From Candidatus Woesebacteria bacterium (GTDB lineage Bacteria > Patescibacteriota > Microgenomatia > UBA8517), in NCBI GenBank assembly GCA_016432365.1, contig CP066686.1, positions 627,992 through 691,991 of the forward strand: a stretch of DNA of 64,000 nucleotides, written 5' to 3'. The notes beneath the pieces were generated by a model. The model made no database searches and was not told where the DNA came from. It was given only the letters and a program-made list of their open reading frames with translations. Below are positions 57,676 through 64,000 of the stretch, in pieces. The position numbers and the translations under genes were made by a program. Positions within the stretch are counted from its first letter, which is position 1. Every line of letters begins with the position of its first letter.

Positions 57676-57891
57676 ATGAAGCAAATTTTAACAATAGTTC
57701 AAATGATAGTTTCGGTAATCCTGATTGGCTTAATCCTAGTGCAGGCCAGAGGTACCGGTTTGGGAAGAACTTTTGGAGGCGGTGGCGGCACTTCCTTTGC
57801 CAGACGGGGATTGGAAAAAATCATTTTCAAATTAACCTTCGTAACGGTCGCGGTGTTTTTAGTTATTTCAGTTCTTTCCCTTTTATTCTAA
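57676..57891 (+). CDS. secG: Preprotein translocase subunit SecG
   Basis: TM1, then LVQARGTGLGRTFGGGGG, then TM2; about 72 aa. Confidence 0.75.
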   Translation: MKQILTIVQMIVSVILIGLILVQARGTGLGRTFGGGGGTSFARRGLEKIIFKLTFVTVAVFLVISVLSLLF

Positions 57892-59214
57892 ATGCTCAAA
57901 GTTCGCTACATTTTAAGACTCGTCGGCGCCTTTGTGGCACGTTTCAGAACCTTAATTATAATCGGCATTTTAATCGGAGTAGGCTTCTTTTTTGTTTTAA
58001 AATTTCTTCTCCCCGTCCTTTCGGGTGGTGCTGTTGAAAGAATCGGAATTACAGGCAGGTTCACTACAAACAATTTACCCGTAGGTATACTTCGTTTAAT
58101 CGGAGACGGTCTTACAAAACTTGATGCTACGGGAAACGTGGAACCTAATTTGGCAGCGAGTTGGGAAACTCCGGACAGGGGTAAAACCTGGATTTTTCAC
58201 TTGAGAAAAGATATTACCTGGCAGGATGGAGTTCGGGTTACATCAAGTGGAATTTCCTATCAGTTTTCAGATGTGACTACGGAGCGCCCGGATGATTCGA
58301 CTATAATTTTCAAACTGCAAACGCCGTACTCGGCTTTTCCGGCAGTTTTAGCAAGGCCGGTTTTTAGGAAGGGTTTACTTGGGACAGGAGAATGGGATGT
58401 AAAGAAGCTTTCTGTAAATATTTCATTTGTCGACTCACTCACTCTTGAAAAAAAAGATTCCGGCAAAATTATTTATAAATTTTATCCAACAGAGGAAAAG
58501 ACCAAATTGGCGTTTGAATTAGGACTCGTAGATAAAGTTACCGATATTTTTAACCCTTCGCCTCTTAACACTTGGAAAAAGGCAAAGGTGGAAACATTTT
58601 CGAACACAGGTGAATATGTTGCTGTGTTTTTTAACACACAGGATAAAATCTTAGCCGACAAAAGTCTTAGGCAGGCACTTTCTTACGCAATAGATAAAGA
58701 GCGTCTTGGAGAACTCAGGGCGGTTGGCCCAATTTCGATGGATTCATGGGCTTACAATTCGCAAGTTAAACCCTACAATTTTGATTTAGATAAGGCTAAA
58801 GAAATAATAGCTGATTACAAAAAGGCCGCCAAGATTGAAAAGCTTGAGGTTAGTCTAACTACCGCACCTATTCTTTTAGGCAAGGCGGAAATGATTGCAA
58901 AAGATTGGGAATCGGCGGGGGTCGCCGTAAATCTTCAGGTTTTTTCCGGAGTACCTTCCGATTATCAGGCACTTTTAGCAATATTTGATATACCGGACGA
59001 TCCCGATCAATATTCTATTTGGCATTCTACCCAAACGGCAACCAATATTACTCGTTATCAAAACCCGAGGATCGATAAACTTTTAGAAGACGGCAGGAGT
59101 CAAATTAATATTGAAGATAGAAGAAAGACATATCTGGATTTTCAGAGATATTTGGTGGAGGATTCCCCCGCGGCCTTCCTTTATTTTCCCACTACTTACA
59201 CCATAAGCAGGTAG
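57892..59214 (+). CDS. ABC transporter substrate-binding protein, family 5 (peptide/nickel type). Shorter than usual; possibly C-terminally truncated.
   Basis: N-terminal anchor and the LDATGNVEPNLAASWE ... WIFHLRKDITWQDG motif. Confidence 0.65.
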   Translation: MLKVRYILRLVGAFVARFRTLIIIGILIGVGFFFVLKFLLPVLSGGAVERIGITGRFTTNNLPVGILRLIGDGLTKLDATGNVEPNLAASWETPDRGKTWIFHLRKDITWQDGVRVTSSGISYQFSDVTTERPDDSTIIFKLQTPYSAFPAVLARPVFRKGLLGTGEWDVKKLSVNISFVDSLTLEKKDSGKIIYKFYPTEEKTKLAFELGLVDKVTDIFNPSPLNTWKKAKVETFSNTGEYVAVFFNTQDKILADKSLRQALSYAIDKERLGELRAVGPISMDSWAYNSQVKPYNFDLDKAKEIIADYKKAAKIEKLEVSLTTAPILLGKAEMIAKDWESAGVAVNLQVFSGVPSDYQALLAIFDIPDDPDQYSIWHSTQTATNITRYQNPRIDKLLEDGRSQINIEDRRKTYLDFQRYLVEDSPAAFLYFPTTYTISR

Positions 59215-59234
59215 GTGTGTATAATTAACAGGAA

Positions 59235-60395
59235 ATGAAAATTATATTTGGAGGTTGGTATCAACGTACAACCTTACACTTGAGTGAAATCTACGATTTA
59301 TTTGCGCTGGGCCATTCAAATTTACCGCTTTCTTCCGAAAAACTTTCAGAATTTAAAGAGAATTTTGGATTTAAAAGCGTTATCAGAACACCGGGATATT
59401 TAGAATGCGTTGAGGCGAGAACTCTGCATGGCATAGTTGTCAGGTATTATGAAGACGGTTTGTACACTCTCGAGTTTGACTCAACCGACATACTTAATTC
59501 CCAAAAAATTTTAGAACACTATTTCGAGAATAATATATCGCCCGCAATCTCGTACATATTTTCTTTGGGGGCCCCAACTCCCAAGGTTGTTGCGAATATA
59601 AAAACTGAACACCCCACGGTAGTTATTGACCAAGTAAAAAATCTTGAGGATTATAAATTCGATACACTGAAGTTCGGAGAGGTATATTCCAAGATCGTCT
59701 CGGGGAACTTTGCGGTTTACAAAGCGCCCAAGTTTATATTTGTAATCTCTAATCATAAGAAGCCTGAAATACTTTCAAATTTGGTTGAAATGCAAATATT
59801 TTTCAGGGAATTTAAGGATCAGTTAGAAAAATACTTGAATATACATAGGAATATCTGGGAGGAAATATCGGCACTCAAGGAGAAAAAACAAATTAAAGGA
59901 AGTGAAATTAATAAATATAGAGTGCTTCTTGAACAATATTTAACTACAATTAATTTGATATCGAATAGGATTAATCAGATGGGCTCCTATATTAAGACCA
60001 GGCAGTCAATTGCCAAAGAGCTCGAGCTGGAGACCAGTCTTACAAAACTCTTTCAGTATAAGTTTGACTCGCTTAATGATACTCTTGGATATATTAAGGA
60101 AATATGGAAAATGACGTCCGATTACACAGAAAACTCATTGAAACTTTTAGGGGATTTAGAAAATAACAGCCTAAATAACAGCATCAAATCTTTACAAGTA
60201 ATTACAAGTATAGGAGTTGTCTCCGGTGTACTTGGATATTTGACAAAAGACGCCCTTCCGACACCTACTTACAAGGGTGTAATATTTTTTGCAATACTGG
60301 TAATTTTGTCAATAGCGGTGAATTTTATAATAACTCTTGTTTACAAAAATCTTAAATACAAGATTAAATTTTCGGAGAGAAAAGAAGATATCTAG
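59235..60395 (+). CDS. Hypothetical protein with C-terminal TM helices
   Basis: ORF track. Confidence 0.5.
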   Translation: MKIIFGGWYQRTTLHLSEIYDLFALGHSNLPLSSEKLSEFKENFGFKSVIRTPGYLECVEARTLHGIVVRYYEDGLYTLEFDSTDILNSQKILEHYFENNISPAISYIFSLGAPTPKVVANIKTEHPTVVIDQVKNLEDYKFDTLKFGEVYSKIVSGNFAVYKAPKFIFVISNHKKPEILSNLVEMQIFFREFKDQLEKYLNIHRNIWEEISALKEKKQIKGSEINKYRVLLEQYLTTINLISNRINQMGSYIKTRQSIAKELELETSLTKLFQYKFDSLNDTLGYIKEIWKMTSDYTENSLKLLGDLENNSLNNSIKSLQVITSIGVVSGVLGYLTKDALPTPTYKGVIFFAILVILSIAVNFIITLVYKNLKYKIKFSERKEDI

Positions 60396-60408
60396 ATAAA
60401 AGAAAAAC

Positions 60409-61611
60409 TTAATCTGTACACCCCGATCCTACTCCGCCGACGCAGTTTTCAGCAGGAGGCTTACCACGTTCAGGACATTTGAGGGAATAAATACAAGAGA
60501 GATCGGTTACAGAATTAATTTGAGTGTTTAATTTGTTATCTTCTGTTGGGCCAAAACTGATCAAGATGCGGTCAAGGTCTTGAGGAATATAATTTTGAAA
60601 GTCGGTGTTTATTAATCCATTTACGTACATTTTGAGATTTGCCTGGTTAGAGTTGCAGAATTTTTGACCATTATCCAGCGTAAAACAACTATCGGTAAAG
60701 CTCATTTTTAGAGAATTAAATAATTGGCCGATGGGAATTCCGGTCTTGTGAACGTGAACCAAGTTTCCGTTTCCGTCATGGACATGAATATAAGGGTCCA
60801 GATCTTTTCCTTCCGCTGATTGGTATTTAGCAAGACCAAAATTAACTCTTGAGCCGTTTAGGTACACCTTAAGGTCAAAGTGCCCGTGATAAGCGGCGGG
60901 GGCGGGGGTTTGGGAAATCTTTTCTTTATCTAGAGCGCTTTGAATAATCTTTTTAAAATCATCATAGTTGGCCGGCAATTCAAGTTTAACCCCGTTTAAG
61001 TAAAAGGTGGGTGTTGCATTCAATGCCACAAGATAACCATCGTCCGAATCTTTCTTAACTTTATCCTTAACTTTTTGGGAATCGATATCTGTTTTAAATT
61101 GGTTAACGTCTAAGCCCAGGTCCTTGGCATAACCGATAAAAATTGACTTAGCATCGGTTGAAGTGCTCCACGATTGCTGTGTCTCAAATAATTTATCATG
61201 CATTTCCCAGAATTTTCCTTGCAATCCGGCCGCCTCGGCGGCAAAGGAAGAGATAGGGGCATTGGCGTGTTGATTCAGAGGAAAATTTCTAAAAACATAA
61301 TTAACCTTACCTGCAAATTCAGTAATAATTTGTTTGGTAAGCGGATTAAAAATACCGCAAGCGGGACATTGATAGTCTCCGAATTCAACCAATGTTAGTT
61401 GTGCAGAACTATTTGCAGGTAGATATTTTCCGTTTACAATTCCGGAGGTGATATTCGACCCTTTCGGAACCAGAATGTCATTTGAGATTTGTTTTCCACC
61501 GGGTTCTACGGATCCGTCTCTGCTAAAAAAGAAAACTCCACCAAGTATAAGTGCGATGGTTGCAACAGTTCCTGCAATAAAAATTATATTGCGTCGGATG
61601 AAGTCTTTCAT
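60409..61611 (-). CDS. Membrane-anchored DsbA-family thioredoxin-like protein with a ~200-aa Cys-containing C-terminal extension
   Basis: N-terminal TM helix. LVEFGDYQCPACGIFNP holds the CxxC active site. Confidence 0.7.
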   Translation of the reverse strand: MKDFIRRNIIFIAGTVATIALILGGVFFFSRDGSVEPGGKQISNDILVPKGSNITSGIVNGKYLPANSSAQLTLVEFGDYQCPACGIFNPLTKQIITEFAGKVNYVFRNFPLNQHANAPISSFAAEAAGLQGKFWEMHDKLFETQQSWSTSTDAKSIFIGYAKDLGLDVNQFKTDIDSQKVKDKVKKDSDDGYLVALNATPTFYLNGVKLELPANYDDFKKIIQSALDKEKISQTPAPAAYHGHFDLKVYLNGSRVNFGLAKYQSAEGKDLDPYIHVHDGNGNLVHVHKTGIPIGQLFNSLKMSFTDSCFTLDNGQKFCNSNQANLKMYVNGLINTDFQNYIPQDLDRILISFGPTEDNKLNTQINSVTDLSCIYSLKCPERGKPPAENCVGGVGSGCTD

Positions 61612-61671
61612 TATGAAGCTATTATATCATGTTGTATACTTTTTCCATGGCATGTGACGAAACTAATATAG

Positions 61672-61774
61672 CAAACTCAAAAGAAATACAGATTTTGAGT
61701 TTGGTATATAGAAATTTTATAGATTTGCCAAACAAAATGTTAAAAACGATATTTTGTTTTTATGTGACTATATG
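61672..61774 (+). promoter_or_regulatory. Second copy of the conserved leader: CAAACTCAAAA-N10-TTTTGAGTTTG, then GTATATA and gtgactatATGAAAG
   Basis: Matches the region at 52106-52177. Confidence 0.5.
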
Positions 61775-63274
61775 AAAGAATCACTTTCTCAGTTAACCGG
61801 TAATAACTTGTCCCGAAGTGTGTATACAAGTGAGGTGTCGGATATTGTTCAGGAGGCTATTGGTTACCCTCCAAATGCGCCGTGGGATAGGCCGATTGCT
61901 GAATGGGTAGGTGTTCTCAAAGAACGATTCGGTCCGGTTTGCAAAGCAAATGTTGAGATTTATAAACACTTTGAAAATAAGGACAAGGATTCCGACGAAA
62001 CTCTAATCTTCCAAATTTTTTCAGAATTAACACCCGAAATTACTGAGATTGCGATATCTCAATTTGAACAGGGTTACAACGGTCCAAAATCTTGGAGAGA
62101 AGTAAATAAAGATGCTTCAGACAGGTTGGAGGAAAAAATAGCAAACGTTTTGAGTACAGGTAAATTTTCAGACATGCTTGGTAGGTTGAAGGGAGTCGGT
62201 ATGGCGTTGGAGTTTATAAAAGATGTACTTATTCCCTCAAACGACCCCGACTATATTTTTCAGAAACACTCCGAATATATTGGAGCTTGTATAGAGGCCA
62301 ATTCAAAAGGTGAACCGATTCTATTCATTCCGTTTGATAGTGATTATACAAACCCTGTAGAAAACTTTGGTGAAAAAACTCAAATTTGCGAAGCCTCGGT
62401 CTCTGTAATACTACCCATAGCTCCTGAAGAAAAAACTAAATTCGATAACTTGGCAGAAAATTTGTGGAATGAATTAAAGCAAAGAAAAAGTCAAACAGAT
62501 ATACCAATACCTAAATTTATTGTTGGTAAGGACATGGCAGCTGCAGGTTTTCCGGTGTTGTCATCTACAGTTGGTGAAGCGGTCACCACAGATAGCGGTA
62601 AGGGCACCGAGCATTGTATATATTTGGCTCTAAACAATTTAGCTAAAAAAATCGGATATTGGAATATATCATCCGAAATAATTAATACGTATACAGATAA
62701 AGGCGCTGAAACCTACTTTAACATCGCAACTTTTTTATATCTATTACACGAGGAGGGACACAGGCTGTTTCCCGAATATGGTTTATACGGTGAAACTACG
62801 ACAGATATCCCCGCAGTTGTCACGGCTGTTAAGATGGCATCAGATAATGAAGAACTTTACTTAAATGACGTAATAAAGGGAGTTCTGACAGAATATGTCT
62901 CCGAAATTGTTACCGGAGTTTCGGATGAAGCTTGGTTTGAAGGACATAGGGAAAATGAAAGCAACAAAGTTTTTGAAGGTTATATTCTTTCAGGCGTATT
63001 AATTTTAAATGCCCTTACAGACAGCGGACTTGTAAGAATTAATAGGGAGGGTGGTATTGATATAAATGCAACACAAGACAATCTTAAATTGTTTATTGCC
63101 GATTTAGAGGCGGTAGATGCCAAATTTTACGAAAAAGATGCAAAAACTCTCGAACGGATAAGTTTGGCTGTAGCCAACCCGGAAGCAACCGATATTATTG
63201 AGCTTTACAGAAGAAAAGTGAAAGAAAAGCTGTTTATCCAAGATCCTTCCATTCCGGCTGAAATCACCCCTTAG
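61772..63274 (+). CDS. Hypothetical protein with an HExxH motif (LLHEEGHRLFPEYG); possible metalloprotease-like. The track start (TTG at 61754) or the ATG at 61772 are both possible.
   Basis: ORF track and motif. Confidence 0.5.
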   Translation: MKESLSQLTGNNLSRSVYTSEVSDIVQEAIGYPPNAPWDRPIAEWVGVLKERFGPVCKANVEIYKHFENKDKDSDETLIFQIFSELTPEITEIAISQFEQGYNGPKSWREVNKDASDRLEEKIANVLSTGKFSDMLGRLKGVGMALEFIKDVLIPSNDPDYIFQKHSEYIGACIEANSKGEPILFIPFDSDYTNPVENFGEKTQICEASVSVILPIAPEEKTKFDNLAENLWNELKQRKSQTDIPIPKFIVGKDMAAAGFPVLSSTVGEAVTTDSGKGTEHCIYLALNNLAKKIGYWNISSEIINTYTDKGAETYFNIATFLYLLHEEGHRLFPEYGLYGETTTDIPAVVTAVKMASDNEELYLNDVIKGVLTEYVSEIVTGVSDEAWFEGHRENESNKVFEGYILSGVLILNALTDSGLVRINREGGIDINATQDNLKLFIADLEAVDAKFYEKDAKTLERISLAVANPEATDIIELYRRKVKEKLFIQDPSIPAEITP

Positions 63275-63280
63275 CCTCTT

Positions 63281-63360
63281 AGCTTGCCACTCTGCATTTG
63301 GTAATACCTCGTGGTAAGCGGAGCTTGCCACTCGGCAGATGACATTGCCTCGTGGTAAAA
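63281..63360. repeat. Two imperfect ~38-bp direct repeats (agcttgccactc...cctcgtggtaa) upstream of tRNA-His
   Basis: 12/12 identical head and a conserved tail. Read directly. Confidence 0.5.
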
Positions 63361-63524
63361 TACAGATGTTCCCATTTTTGGGTTCAATCCAAATTTCTTT
63401 TAGAAATTTGAAAGGAGCAACCGACTAGCGATAGTACCTAAAATGAAATTTTAGTGTACGCGTAGCGCGTCGCGTTGCGACGCGGTGGTCGTAAGCAAAG
63501 CTTGGCCCCCACCTCGTATTACTC

Positions 63525-63600
63525 GGTGGTCGTAGCTCAATGGTAGAGCACTAGCTTGTGGAGCTAGGTGTTGCGGGTTCAAATCCCGTCGACCACCCCA
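63525..63600 (+). tRNA. tRNA-His (anticodon GTG) with the encoded G-1 and an encoded CCA
   Basis: G-1 plus acceptor GTGGTCG/CGACCAC, D-arm GCTC-AATGGTA-GAGC, anticodon stem CTAGC/GCTAG with loop TTGTGGA, T-arm GCGGG-TTCAAAT-CCCGT, discriminator C, CCA. Confidence 0.88.
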
Positions 63601-63987
63601 ATTAGGATTTTGATAAGACGAAACTCCCTTTATGGCCGTGTCTTCGGCTTTTAGTGCAGGTGCGAGCCAATCCCGTTCAATGTCATACCTCCCGATAACC
63701 TCCTGTATAAATGCAAAGGGCTTACGAACCTCAATAGCAAGTTTCCTATCCGTAAGCACAAGGTGCGAGCCGATTGCCTTTAATATCAGTTTCTTTGTTT
63801 CCGGAGAGCCGTTCTCAAACTTGTCCTGAGCTGTTGACGCAAAATCAAAGGTTTTTGCGGTCAAATCTATCCATTCGTCATATCTTGCATCAAAATTCTT
63901 CACCTGTTCATTGATTCTGGCCTTTTCTTCCAATAAAGCTGTCTTCTTTGTCTGGAACTCATCATCCGATAGCATATTTCCATCCAT
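63601..63987 (-). CDS. Hypothetical protein or gene fragment at the window edge. The track ORF 63451-63987 continues antisense through tRNA-His, so its C-terminal third is probably not real coding sequence.
   Basis: The translated segment GGRRDLNPQHLAPQASALPLSYD is the typical antisense-tRNA artefact. Confidence 0.3.
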
Positions 63988-64000
63988 ATTATTTGCACTA

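Noticed and set aside
1-64000. CRISPR arrays, rRNA genes, IS elements, transposases and integrases
   Set aside because: No regularly spaced short direct repeats, no rRNA-like conserved blocks and no DDE or tyrosine/serine recombinase motifs were found on reading both strands.
1-64000. Alternative genetic code (UGA=Gly, code 25)
   Set aside because: Very long ORFs (dnaE, uvrA, uvrB, the giant GHKL protein) are intact with the standard stop codons. No gene appears interrupted by in-frame UGA.

Overview
This is a 64-kb, AT-rich, gene-dense stretch of bacterial chromosome. I tentatively place it in the Candidate Phyla Radiation / Patescibacteria, based only on gene content and gene style; that is inference. 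The standard genetic code is in use: the long ORFs (dnaE at 1161 aa, uvrA at 994 aa, a 1359-aa giant) are intact with no in-frame stops.

The core backbone runs mostly on the + strand. It carries dus, polX, lemA, htpX, gatC-gatA-MFS-gatB-GGDEF-dnaE, rplS-yraN, sodA, a four-gene tRNA-like cluster, ruvC, a holA-like gene, and a sugar-phosphate/lower-glycolysis block (phosphohexomutase, IMPase, manA-like, cupin-type PGI, ppsA, eno, gpmI). It continues with dedA, lexA divergent from uvrB, uvrA, a transglutaminase-like protein with uvrC, secG, a solute-binding protein and a DsbA-like protein. Three isolated canonical tRNAs are present: Gly-CCC, Asp-GTC and His-GTG.

Five things are not explained by the core genes:
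- A tRNA-bounded accessory island at about 2.5-11.8 kb carries a 1359-aa protein with two sacsin/MutL-like GHKL ATPase domains and a C-terminal HExxH motif. It also holds two compositionally atypical hypotheticals, two paralogous secreted-protein modules and a LysM protein. This giant protein is the best candidate here for a novel system.
- Each paralogous secreted-protein module has a textbook TTGACT-N17-TATAAT promoter and a near-identical terminator hairpin.
- Four clustered tRNA-like genes have canonical acceptor and T arms, but most have non-canonical, expanded anticodon arms.
- Several repeat families occur: a 43-bp tandem repeat over the uvrB stop, a 65-bp hairpin repeat flanking a GC-richer two-gene insert after uvrA, a shared inverted-repeat leader upstream of two unrelated genes, and in-frame heptamer repeats inside polX and gatA.
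- A relic second sodA C-terminus lies behind an inserted hairpin.

No CRISPR array, rRNA, transposase or integrase was seen. Many antisense or overlapping ORFs in the supplied track are judged spurious.
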